A stretch of 64,000 bases of DNA from Paludibacter propionicigenes (GTDB lineage: Bacteria > Bacteroidota > Bacteroidia > Bacteroidales > JAIFNL01): assembly GCA_020721325.1 (NCBI GenBank), contig DYNA01000002.1, positions 7,037 through 71,036 on the forward strand, read 5' to 3'. Shown here one piece after another: positions 35,583 through 44,875 of this stretch. Numbering within the stretch: position 1 is the first letter of the stretch; the number at the start of each line of letters is the position of its first letter. Both the position numbers and the translations under genes were made by a program. A model generated the notes under the pieces. That model saw nothing but the letters and a program-made list of their open reading frames with translations, ran no database searches and was not told the DNA's origin.

Positions 35583-37310
35583 TTATTTATAACTTACATC
35601 TAAACCTAATTGCTTACCGGCATTCATAATATTATTTGGGTCAAAATGCTTTTTCAAAGCTTTTAACACATTCATTTGGCTTTCGCCCAAATGTTTTGGC
35701 ATCAATCGAGCAATCATTCGACCAACTCCGTGATGGTGCGATAGCGAACCGCCACTTTTTTCAATCGTGTCAATCAAGCCTTCTTGAAATGCCAAATAAC
35801 TTTTTAAATCATTTTCTTTTATAATGAAAATAAAATACAAATTTGTTCCTTGCATATAAAAATGCGAGGCATGAGTCATGCAAATTGTTTTGGGACGTGA
35901 TTTTACATAATTTCTACATTTTTCGTGTACTTCATGCAAATTATCCCAATAAACCGAAGTTTCCAATGTATCAATAATAATACCGAAATCCATTAAATCC
36001 TCGCGCATATACGGGTCGCGATATCGACCGGGTTCCCACTTTTTTACCGGAAAAGCCGTTAATGACATTGCACCATGTTTTTTACAAATTCGTTTTACCT
36101 GATTTTTTATATTTTTAGTAAAAAGTTTTTCGCCATCGGCAGAAGCTAAAAACAAACATCTCTGCATTGGTTTATAGCCTCGAAATATCATTAATTTATC
36201 AAAAATTGTATCTTCTATGCCATAAAGTTTTAAACCAATATGAGTTTCTTCAGGGTCTGAAATTCTAAAAACAGCCGGCATACCAAATTCTCCTTGCGAA
36301 ATTTCGCGACTCGCCTCTACGGCTGCCTCCCAAGTTGGAAAAATAAAGCTAAAATATTTCCTATTTTCGAGCTTATATCTAAAAATTTTCCAAGTCAATT
36401 CTACAACAATTCCAAAAACACCTTCGCTGCCTTTAATTATATCTAAAACCTTTGGACCGGTGGCTGTTGCAGCATAATTTTTGGTTACAATAGTGCCTTG
36501 TGGAGTTATCATTTCCACACCCAAAACCAAGTCGCCGGCATCGCCATAGTACGATGACTGCTGCCCAGAACCAAGCGTTACAAACCAACCGCCAACTGAC
36601 GAATATTCAAAGGATTGTGGAAAATGACCACATGTAAAATTGTGCTTTGTTTTAAAAAGTTTTTTGGCATTATTTAAAGCCTCTTCAAATGCCGGTCCAA
36701 ACATACCCGCTTCAACTATAACTGTTTGATTTTTTTCATTTAATTGAATTATTTTATTCAAATGAGTGGATAAAACCAATGTTACTCCGCCTTTTTCTGG
36801 CAAAAAGCCTAAATTTACTGAAGAACCTCCACCAAAAATATAAATAGGTAGCTTTTCTACATTGCAAAAATCAACAATTTGCTTAATTTCTTCTTTATTT
36901 CTTGGGTGAATAACCAAATCAGTTATCTGTTCTACCTGTTTAGTACGCAATTTGATGGCTTCTTCTACTGTTTTACCGGTTGAAAACTTCAATCTCTCAT
37001 ATTCATCTGCTGAAATATTTTCGTTACCTGAAATTTCACTAAACTTTTTTATCTGATATTCCGTTAATTTACTTTTTAATTGAAAATCAACTACTTCATT
37101 TCCCGTTGATGTATATTGTTCAAAATCGGAATCTGATAAGTCAAAAGTAGCTTTAATCTCCTGAAAAAGCCTAAAATTAGGGTGTTTAAAGCCATTTGGC
37201 GCACCGTATTTAAAAATGGAACGAAAACTTTTTTCTTGAGGAGCTTCATTTATCCAACGAGGCTCAAATCTTTCATTTTTTACCATGTTTTTTTTAATAA
37301 AAATTATCAA
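35583..37310 (-). CDS. FAD-linked oxidase, alkyl-dihydroxyacetonephosphate synthase (AGPS)-like
   Basis: 575 aa with a long N-terminal extension before the FAD-binding PCMH domain. The C-terminal SLSHHHGVGRM contains the His-His-His loop characteristic of AGPS rather than GlcD-type oxidases. An alternative start exists at 37286 (MVKNERF). Confidence 0.7.
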   Translation of the reverse strand: MIIFIKKNMVKNERFEPRWINEAPQEKSFRSIFKYGAPNGFKHPNFRLFQEIKATFDLSDSDFEQYTSTGNEVVDFQLKSKLTEYQIKKFSEISGNENISADEYERLKFSTGKTVEEAIKLRTKQVEQITDLVIHPRNKEEIKQIVDFCNVEKLPIYIFGGGSSVNLGFLPEKGGVTLVLSTHLNKIIQLNEKNQTVIVEAGMFGPAFEEALNNAKKLFKTKHNFTCGHFPQSFEYSSVGGWFVTLGSGQQSSYYGDAGDLVLGVEMITPQGTIVTKNYAATATGPKVLDIIKGSEGVFGIVVELTWKIFRYKLENRKYFSFIFPTWEAAVEASREISQGEFGMPAVFRISDPEETHIGLKLYGIEDTIFDKLMIFRGYKPMQRCLFLASADGEKLFTKNIKNQVKRICKKHGAMSLTAFPVKKWEPGRYRDPYMREDLMDFGIIIDTLETSVYWDNLHEVHEKCRNYVKSRPKTICMTHASHFYMQGTNLYFIFIIKENDLKSYLAFQEGLIDTIEKSGGSLSHHHGVGRMIARLMPKHLGESQMNVLKALKKHFDPNNIMNAGKQLGLDVSYK

Positions 37311-37316
37311 TTAATT

Positions 37317-38960
37317 TTATTGTGGAATAGCTAAAATCTGCTCTAATTTTTCAATTTCCGAAACTGTTTTTTCAACCGACCAAGATAATTCTTTTGCAGC
37401 AATTTGAGCTATTTTTTCAATAATTTCTTTTCCCGGATTGCCTAATAGCGCTATTCCAGTACGTCTTAAAACAATATCTGTCAATGATTTAGCCATCTCA
37501 TTACGTATTGCAAAAACTACCTGTGCCAAATTTTCGCCATCTGAATTAAGTGGTTTTAACCATTCTTCATTTTCTTTTCCCAAATCTATTATGCTATCTA
37601 TCTCATTACCATAGCTTTTGCTCAAGTACAATGCTTGCTGAGAAGTCATGAAAGGATATTTTTGCGTGTTCTTCAGAAAAAAATCTTCAAAATCTTCAAT
37701 TTCAGAACTATGCAAATATTTTTTTTCTGAAATGGATTTTTGTTTTGGATATTTTAGAATTCTAAATATCTTATCTACAGCTTTTTGCGCAAGCATCCGG
37801 CTTGTTGTAAATTTTCCACCTTCAACAGTCAACAAACCGGCTATTCCATTTTTTTTCTCGCCCGTAATTTCGTATTTTCGAGACGAATTGTAAACATCTT
37901 CCGTCTGGTCTTCTACCAAAGGGCGTAAACCGCCATAAACATAACTAATATCTTCATATTTAATAAGTTGTGGCTGTTCTAACGCCTGATTAACATCTTC
38001 CAATAATTCTAAAATAGCCTTTTTTGTAACTTTGTAATCATCTGGTTTTCCGATATATTCCTTGTCCGTAGTGCCTATTAAAGTTTTATTTCGGTAAGGA
38101 ACTAAAAAAAAGTGTTTTCCCTTTGCTGTTGAGCCTGAAAAAACATAAGTTTCATTCAATTTTTTGGTAACAATGTGAATGCCTTCTGAGCGTCTAAGTT
38201 CTTGATTTTCTGTATTTTTCTTTACTTTATCCAATAAAATATCAGCCCAAGGACCGGAACAATTAATTACTAATTTTGCATGAATTTGCTTTTTTTCGCC
38301 CGAAAGTTTATCCAATGCCAAAACTCCTTTAACTTTTTTTAACAGACCATTTTGTTCTATCAAGAAATCGAGCATTTCAGTATAATTTGCCACTGAAGCA
38401 CCACATTTTACAGCCGATTTGGCAAAAGCCAATGTAAAACGCTCGGGCGAGTGACTCGAACAATCATAATACAATTGCCCGCCAAGTAATTCACTTTCAG
38501 GAGCTATCGGAATTAATTCTTTTAATTTCTTAGCACTAATTGTTTGAAAATGTGGTATTTTTTTACTTTTATCGCGAACCCAATTTTTGTCAAACGAAAA
38601 TAGTTCATACAACATCATTCCGATTTTCATTACTAAAGGTGTAATCTTATTTTTTTTATACATTGAAAAAATAAAAGGTAATGGGTGTATAAAATTGGGC
38701 GCAATATCCGATAAAATGCGCCTTTCACGCAATGATTCGCGAACTAAACGAAATTCAAATATTGATAAATAACGCAAACCGCCGTGAATCATGCGCGAAG
38801 TAGCTGATGATGTGGCACTTGCAAAGTCATTTTTTTCTATCAATGCCACCGACAAACCGCGTGAGGCTGCTTCGTAAGCAACTGATACTCCGGTTATTCC
38901 ACCTCCAATGACTAACAAATCAAATTCTTTTCCGGTATAATTTTCAATAAATCTTTCCAT
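37317..38960 (-). CDS. glpD: FAD-dependent glycerol-3-phosphate dehydrogenase/oxidase
   Basis: N-terminal dinucleotide fold DLLVIGGGITGVSVAYEAASRG...SSATSRMIHGGLRYL. 547 aa. Confidence 0.85.
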   Translation of the reverse strand: MERFIENYTGKEFDLLVIGGGITGVSVAYEAASRGLSVALIEKNDFASATSSATSRMIHGGLRYLSIFEFRLVRESLRERRILSDIAPNFIHPLPFIFSMYKKNKITPLVMKIGMMLYELFSFDKNWVRDKSKKIPHFQTISAKKLKELIPIAPESELLGGQLYYDCSSHSPERFTLAFAKSAVKCGASVANYTEMLDFLIEQNGLLKKVKGVLALDKLSGEKKQIHAKLVINCSGPWADILLDKVKKNTENQELRRSEGIHIVTKKLNETYVFSGSTAKGKHFFLVPYRNKTLIGTTDKEYIGKPDDYKVTKKAILELLEDVNQALEQPQLIKYEDISYVYGGLRPLVEDQTEDVYNSSRKYEITGEKKNGIAGLLTVEGGKFTTSRMLAQKAVDKIFRILKYPKQKSISEKKYLHSSEIEDFEDFFLKNTQKYPFMTSQQALYLSKSYGNEIDSIIDLGKENEEWLKPLNSDGENLAQVVFAIRNEMAKSLTDIVLRRTGIALLGNPGKEIIEKIAQIAAKELSWSVEKTVSEIEKLEQILAIPQ

Positions 38961-38985
38961 TTTTATTTTATTAAAAGTCTGTTAT

Positions 38986-39684
38986 TCAACTATTTACATT
39001 AAAAATGTCTTCCCAACTTTGCTTACTTGACTGCATAACTTTAGTAACCAAGTCGTCAATTTTTGTTGGATTTGTAAGTATTAATTCTTTTAAATTTTTA
39101 TAAAAATCATTTGATATTTTTTTTGTTGCATCTGCAAAAAAATATTTTTGAGCCTGCTCGTAATAAATTTCAGATAAATCGTTGTAAAGCATCAGAGCCA
39201 CAGTATTTTGACTTTCTTTAATTAACAAAACTTGCAAGTTCCAATCGAAAAGTGCCCAAATTTTAGCTTCTGAAAGCAATGCTGGAATATTTTCTAAAAA
39301 CGGCAAAATTTTTTCGGCATTTTTAGTTATCGCTTTTTGTGCCAAATGCGGTAAAATTAAACTTCTAAATTCGAGCCAATCCAAAACCAATTTTTGCGAT
39401 GTAAATTCACTGAATTGAACTAAGGTTTTAAGCACACCTAAACCTCCAACTTCTTGATAATCATTAATTAATGTCGGTCTTCCATGTTTAATACTAATCC
39501 AACCATCTCGTGAAAGTCGTTGCAATACTTCGCGCAAAGTAGGTCGCGTAATCCCCAGTAATTGTGCCAATTCGCGTTCGGGTGGTAAAGAATTACCAAC
39601 TTTGAATTTTCCAGACAAAATTGACTTAACAATTTCTTTTTCAGCAAATTGTGCCGGTTTAATAAATTTTTCAAATTGTTCCAT
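38986..39684 (-). CDS. fadR: FadR-type GntR-family regulator (acyl-CoA-responsive type)
   Basis: [38 protein letters not shown] closely parallels the E. coli FadR wHTH as I remember it ([23 protein letters not shown]). The start was placed at MEQFEKF. The ORF extends to 39717. Confidence 0.7.
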   Translation of the reverse strand: [232 protein letters not shown]

Positions 39685-39869
39685 TTTTCTAAAAATTGGT
39701 TTGAGGTCTGACCACAAAAATACATATTTTTTAAATAAAAAAAAAATTTTATATAAAATTTTGAAAAAGAAAAAAAAAATATTAAATTGCAGTTAATTAA
39801 TTGTTTTGCAAATTAATCAGTCATTTCTGATTATTTTTTTTAAAATAAAATTTACTTAATAAAAAAAAG

Positions 39870-41798
39870 ATGAAAAAATTAGCTTTTATTGTTATTTGTC
39901 TATTTTATAATTCCATAACTTACTCTCAAACTGATATTTATGACTTATCATTAGAAGAATTGCTTTCTATGGAAGTGAGTGTAGCCTCTAAGGAACATGA
40001 AAAAATTAACGATGCCGCTGGCATCATTTCGGTTCTTACAAATAAAGAAATTGAAAATTTTGGTGCTTTAAACTTAGGAGAATTGCTCAATAGAATTACA
40101 AGTATGTATCACTTGCAAGGCGGAATGTTGCCTTTCAATGTGGCGTCGATGAGAGCACAACACAACGGAGTGTTTGATAATCATATACTTATACTGCTCA
40201 ACGGTCGCCCCTTGCGCGATGCCAGCTCTGGCGGTTTTAATAACGTGATTTACAACTCATTTCCTATCGGAATGATTGACCGCATCGAAATTATTCGAGG
40301 TCCGGGTTCGGCTCTTTATGGCTCGAACGCTTTTTCAGGTGTACTTAATATTGTAACTAAATTGATTGAAAATGATGGTTTAGCTGCAAAAAATTGCTTT
40401 ACAACCGGAAGTTTTGAAACTATCAAAGACCAAATATGCGGAATTTATAGCAAAAACTACCTAAAATTGAATTTTGCAGCAGAAATATCACGCGATAAAG
40501 GTGAATTTTATCAATATTATGATGCCAGTAAGACTTTGGGCAGTGCAAATTATGAAAAAGATGGCGAAAGTTTATTTCTCAATGCCGAATATAAGAATTT
40601 CAAAGCCGATTTTCTATATCTCAATTTTGTACCTTTTTATATAGGAAATAAAATTTTATGGAAAAATGCCGGAGAAATTGAATCGATGAATAGATTATTT
40701 GGAAATTTAACACATCAAGCACATTTTACCGAAAAATTAGAATTAGAATCAAATTTAACTTACAATGGATTTGAGTGGAATCCAGAGAACGCAAAAAGTT
40801 ATTCCTTGCTTTTGGAATTGATTTTAAAATTCAATCCAACAGAAAAAATTCATCTGATAGCTGCATCTGTGAACGATTTTAGCGACTGGACTGGGAGCGA
40901 TTTTTCTTCAGGAACAAGCTTTCAATCAAATATTTATGCGCAATTCACTTACGATGCTTTTTCATTCTTAAAAATTATAGGCGGCTTTCAACTCAATAAT
41001 ATTGGCAATACCACGCAGCATCTTTCCCCGCGCGTAGGTTTGGTGTCGAATTTTACGAAACATATAGGAGCTAAAATACTGTATAGCAATGCTTTTAGAA
41101 ATCCTTATCCTACAGAAACTCGTTTTTTGCGCGACAATGTTGTAGGAAATCCGGATTTGTTACCCGAAAAAATAAACACCATTGAGACCCAAGCATTTTA
41201 CCAAAATACAAATTTTCAAGTTTCCCTTACTTATTATAATTCGGAAATGACGGATATTATAACTAAAAAAAGAAATCCGGTAACTGGAAAAGGCGAATTT
41301 TTAAATTTGCTTGAGCATAATTTTTGGGGCTTAGAATTTGAAAGCAAATTAAATTTAATTCAGCGAATTTCTTTTTTCACATCGGCTACTTACCAGGAAA
41401 ATAAAAATAGCCTTGAGCAGAAAAATGCTACTTATGTACCTAATGTAATGGCTAAAATTGGCGTTTTTTATAATTGCCCGCGTGTCGTTTTTGGTGTTTT
41501 CGACAGTTATTTTGGCGAACCGACCCAATCGAACGAACTTTTGCCGGCAACGGCTCAAATTCCTGAACTTAATATAAAACCGACTGATTTTCATTTACTT
41601 TCGGCAAATTTGAGCTTAAAATTAAATTCCATTTTCAAAATAAAAGGTTCAACTTCTTTTACGACCGAATTTTACGTAAGTAATTTATTAGATAAAAAAA
41701 TTTATTTTCCAGAAATATCTGTAAATGCTATAAATGGTGTGCCTTTATATCCGGGAAGAGCTTATTTTGGAAAATTAATTATTAAAATAAATAGGTAA
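39870..41798 (+). CDS. TonB-dependent receptor (small, 642 aa)
   Basis: Signal peptide. Plug motifs (IEIIRGPGSALYGSNAFSGVLNIVTK) and a beta-barrel ending in an aromatic-rich C-terminus. Confidence 0.85.
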   Translation: MKKLAFIVICLFYNSITYSQTDIYDLSLEELLSMEVSVASKEHEKINDAAGIISVLTNKEIENFGALNLGELLNRITSMYHLQGGMLPFNVASMRAQHNGVFDNHILILLNGRPLRDASSGGFNNVIYNSFPIGMIDRIEIIRGPGSALYGSNAFSGVLNIVTKLIENDGLAAKNCFTTGSFETIKDQICGIYSKNYLKLNFAAEISRDKGEFYQYYDASKTLGSANYEKDGESLFLNAEYKNFKADFLYLNFVPFYIGNKILWKNAGEIESMNRLFGNLTHQAHFTEKLELESNLTYNGFEWNPENAKSYSLLLELILKFNPTEKIHLIAASVNDFSDWTGSDFSSGTSFQSNIYAQFTYDAFSFLKIIGGFQLNNIGNTTQHLSPRVGLVSNFTKHIGAKILYSNAFRNPYPTETRFLRDNVVGNPDLLPEKINTIETQAFYQNTNFQVSLTYYNSEMTDIITKKRNPVTGKGEFLNLLEHNFWGLEFESKLNLIQRISFFTSATYQENKNSLEQKNATYVPNVMAKIGVFYNCPRVVFGVFDSYFGEPTQSNELLPATAQIPELNIKPTDFHLLSANLSLKLNSIFKIKGSTSFTTEFYVSNLLDKKIYFPEISVNAINGVPLYPGRAYFGKLIIKINR

Positions 41799-41938
41799 TT
41801 TTTATTCAATAATAAAAAAAAAACTCTCTTTTGTCTTAACGCAAAAAAATAACAAATGTGTAATAATTAAATATTTGAAATTCAATTATTTAATTATATT
41901 TTTAAATGTTTTAATGCAAAAAAACATCTATTAAAAAA

Positions 41939-41971
41939 AAGACGAACCGTAAGGAGTTTTCGTCTTTTTTT
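41939..41971. terminator. Bidirectional rho-independent terminator
   Basis: 8-bp stem aagacgaa / ttcgtctt (41939-41946 / 41959-41966), flanked by A8 upstream and T-run downstream. It lies 140 nt after the receptor stop codon. Confidence 0.7.
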
Positions 41972-42215
41972 GTGGTTTTTCAAATTTATATATTAAATTT
42001 TCATTAAATATAAATTTTCACAAAAAACAACAATTTATTGAAAATTAATAAGTAAAACACTCATTTTACTTACAAATCAAAACATTTTTCTTTTTTTTTA
42101 TAAAAAATTGAAATAAAATTTGTGTATATTGAATAAATATTCTTTTTTAGCACAAAAATTAAATCAGAATGCAACTTTTTTTCAAAAGAAAAATTATTAA
42201 TTAAAATTCAAATAA

Positions 42216-43877
42216 ATGTGTTCAATTTTAGGAGTTTTTGAAAGCAAAAACGATGTGAGTTTGCTCAGAGAGCAAGCTCTTGACATGTCGCGCCGCATGC
42301 GACACAGAGGTCCGGATTGGTCGGGAATTTTTTCGTCAGAAAAAGCTATTTTGGCTCACGAACGGCTGTCGATTGTAGATGTTGTAAATGGAGCGCAGCC
42401 ACTTTATTCAACTGATAAACAGATTGTTCTGGCTGTAAACGGCGAAATTTACAATCACGTAGAAATAAGAAATCGCCTTGATTATCATTTTACAACCAAC
42501 TCCGATTGCGAAGTAATAATACCGCTTTACTTACAAAAAGGAACAGATTTTTTTAACGAATTGAACGGCATTTTTGCATTTGCATTATACGACCAAAATA
42601 CTGATTCATACCTAATTGCACGTGACCCAATTGGAATTATTCCTCTTTATTACGGCAGAGATGATAACGGTATTTTGTATGTAGCTTCGGAAATGAAAGC
42701 TTTGGTAAAATATTGCAATCAAATAGAGGATTTTCCTCCCGGACATTTTTGGTACAGCAAAACCGGAAAAATTGAACCGTATTATAAAAAAGCTTGGACA
42801 AATTTTGAAACTCTTGACATAAAAGAAACTGATATTCAAGCTCTTAAAGCGGGTTTAGAATCAGCCGTTCACCGTCAGTTGATGTCTGATGTGCCTTATG
42901 GCGTATTGCTTTCGGGTGGTTTGGATTCATCGGTTATTTCGGCTATTGCCAAAAAATTTGCGGCAAAACGCATCGAATCGAACGACACGAAAGAGGCTTG
43001 GTGGCCTCAGTTGCACAGTTTTGCCATTGGATTGAAAGATTCGCCCGACTTAGTGGCTGCTCGCAAAGTTGCCGAACACATTGGAACGGTGCATCACGAA
43101 ATTAATTTTACCGTTCAAGAAGGTTTTGATGCCTTGCGCGATGTTATCTATCATCTTGAAAGTTACGATGTTACAACCATTCGCGCCAGTACGCCCATGT
43201 ATTTGATGGCGCGTGTAATCAAATCGATGGGAATAAAAATGGTTTTGAGTGGTGAAGGTGCCGACGAAATGTTTGGAGGGTATTTATATTTTCATAAAGC
43301 TCCGAATGCCAAAGAGTTACACAATGAAACGGTGCGAAAAATCGGACAACTTTATAAATACGATTGCTTGCGAAGCAATAAATCAATGGCGGCTTGGGGC
43401 GTAGAAAGTCGCGTTCCGTTTTTAGATTTGGAATTTTTAGATATTGCCATGAATATCAATCCTGAAGATAAATTACCAAGTAAATACAAAATTGAAAAAT
43501 ACATTTTGCGCAAAGCCTTTGAAGATTATTTACCCGAAAGTGTGGTTTGGCGGCAAAAAGAGCAATTCTCTGATGGCGTAGGCTACTCCTGGATTGATGG
43601 TTTAAAAGCCAAAGCAGAACAGGAAGTTACTCAACATCAGTTAGATACGGCAAAATATCGTTTCCCGATAAATACTCCTCAAACCAAAGAAGAGTATTTA
43701 TATCGGTCTATTTTTTCGGAGCTTTTTCCGAAAGACGATGCCGCTAAATGCGTTGCTTTTCAGGCATCTGTGGCTTGCAGCACGCCAATTGTGTTTGAAT
43801 GGGACAAGTCGCTCAAAGAAATTATTGACCCTTCCGGCAGAGCGGTTAAAAATATTCATACCCAAAGTTATCAATAA
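42216..43877 (+). CDS. asnB: Asparagine synthase (glutamine-hydrolysing)
   Basis: N-terminal nucleophile MC-SILGV. Synthetase PP-loop LLSGGLDSS. 553 aa. Confidence 0.95.
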   Translation: MCSILGVFESKNDVSLLREQALDMSRRMRHRGPDWSGIFSSEKAILAHERLSIVDVVNGAQPLYSTDKQIVLAVNGEIYNHVEIRNRLDYHFTTNSDCEVIIPLYLQKGTDFFNELNGIFAFALYDQNTDSYLIARDPIGIIPLYYGRDDNGILYVASEMKALVKYCNQIEDFPPGHFWYSKTGKIEPYYKKAWTNFETLDIKETDIQALKAGLESAVHRQLMSDVPYGVLLSGGLDSSVISAIAKKFAAKRIESNDTKEAWWPQLHSFAIGLKDSPDLVAARKVAEHIGTVHHEINFTVQEGFDALRDVIYHLESYDVTTIRASTPMYLMARVIKSMGIKMVLSGEGADEMFGGYLYFHKAPNAKELHNETVRKIGQLYKYDCLRSNKSMAAWGVESRVPFLDLEFLDIAMNINPEDKLPSKYKIEKYILRKAFEDYLPESVVWRQKEQFSDGVGYSWIDGLKAKAEQEVTQHQLDTAKYRFPINTPQTKEEYLYRSIFSELFPKDDAAKCVAFQASVACSTPIVFEWDKSLKEIIDPSGRAVKNIHTQSYQ

Positions 43878-43988
43878 ATAAATATATCTTTGAAGTGTTT
43901 AAAATAATTTTTTATGAATAAAAAAAGAGGCTTTTTGTCTCTTTTTTTATTTTAGTGAAAAAAGATTTTCAGTTTTAAAAAAAATATC

Positions 43989-43996
43989 TATTTTTG
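43989..43996 (+). promoter_or_regulatory. Bacteroidota-type -7 box TAttTTTG
   Basis: Exact TAnnTTTG match, 105 nt upstream of the ATG at 44102. Confidence 0.45.
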
Positions 43997-44101
43997 CAAC
44001 TCTTTTTCCTCCCTTTTTCCAAGTAAAAAGCAGATTCAATCTCGAATCTTAAAAAGTCTTTTAAAATTACATAATTATCTGATTTTTATTTTTTTACAAA
44101 A

Positions 44102-44863
44102 ATGAAAAAAACTTTAAAATTAAAAATTTTTGCAAGTTTTATGTTATTAACATTAATGCTTGCCGTAGCCGGAGCTATTTCTATCATCGAATTTCGGTGG
44201 CTCACAAATTCTGTAGAGAGCTTAATACAAGACAATTACAAATCAATTGAAGCATCAAAAAGCATGTTGGAAGCTTTAGAAAGAGAAGACAGCGGAATTT
44301 TGCTTTTAATGCTGGGCGAATGGCAAGAAGGCACAACAATTATTCAAGCCGCAGACAGCAGTTTCATGGAAGCTTTAAAAATAGCCGAAAATAATTTAAC
44401 GGAAGAAAATGAGGATAAATATATTAACAAAATTAAAGAAAATTATACCCAATTTAAGGAAAATTGGCAACGCCCGATTGCAGAAACAGACAAACAAGGA
44501 AATTTACTTTGGTATAAAAATGAAAGCCATAAACTTTTTGCAAATACCAAAAATGCCGTTACCGAAATAATGAATTTAAACCAAAAAAGTATGTACAAAG
44601 AGGCTTCCGAGCTAAAAGAAAAATCGAAACGCGCCATTATGCACGGGATTGTTTCCATTTTAGCGGCTTTGATTTTTTCACTTTTGCTCAATTTTTTCAT
44701 TACCCGCTATTTTGTACGCCCCATTTCTCAATTAAATAATGCAATTTTGCAATTGCAAGATGGTGAATATCAATTAGATGTGAGAATTAATTCAAACGAT
44801 GAAATTAAAATGTTAGAAAAAAATATAAATAAACTTTTGAATAGAATTAAGCAAACATCATAA
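44102..44863 (+). CDS. Membrane sensor-like protein: TM - periplasmic four-helix-bundle-like domain - TM - HAMP, with no output domain
   Basis: 253 aa. TM1 is FASFMLLTLMLAVAGAISII. TM2 is GIVSILAALIFSLLLNFFI. A HAMP-like segment follows (RYFVRPISQLNNAILQLQDGEYQLDVRINSNDEIKMLEKNIN). The protein then ends. Confidence 0.65.
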   Translation: MKKTLKLKIFASFMLLTLMLAVAGAISIIEFRWLTNSVESLIQDNYKSIEASKSMLEALEREDSGILLLMLGEWQEGTTIIQAADSSFMEALKIAENNLTEENEDKYINKIKENYTQFKENWQRPIAETDKQGNLLWYKNESHKLFANTKNAVTEIMNLNQKSMYKEASELKEKSKRAIMHGIVSILAALIFSLLLNFFITRYFVRPISQLNNAILQLQDGEYQLDVRINSNDEIKMLEKNINKLLNRIKQTS

Positions 44864-44875
44864 AATCAGCAACTT

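Noticed and set aside
39468-39796. ORFs 39468..39725 (-) and 39602..39796 (+) overlapping the fadR-like gene start
   Set aside because: They are out of frame or antisense to a CDS with strong FadR similarity. Their translations are low-complexity.
39718-39869. Cobalamin or other riboswitch upstream of the 642-aa TonB-dependent receptor
   Set aside because: The spacer is only ~150 nt and almost entirely A/T. Apart from one short hairpin (aatcag...ctgatt), none of the GC-containing conserved riboswitch cores is visible.
41799-42215. Leader peptide, T-box or small RNA between the receptor and asnB
   Set aside because: Only AT-rich hairpins and one clear bidirectional terminator (41939-41971) are visible. 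There is no recognisable leader ORF or conserved RNA core. A short transcript ending at that terminator remains possible but unsupported.
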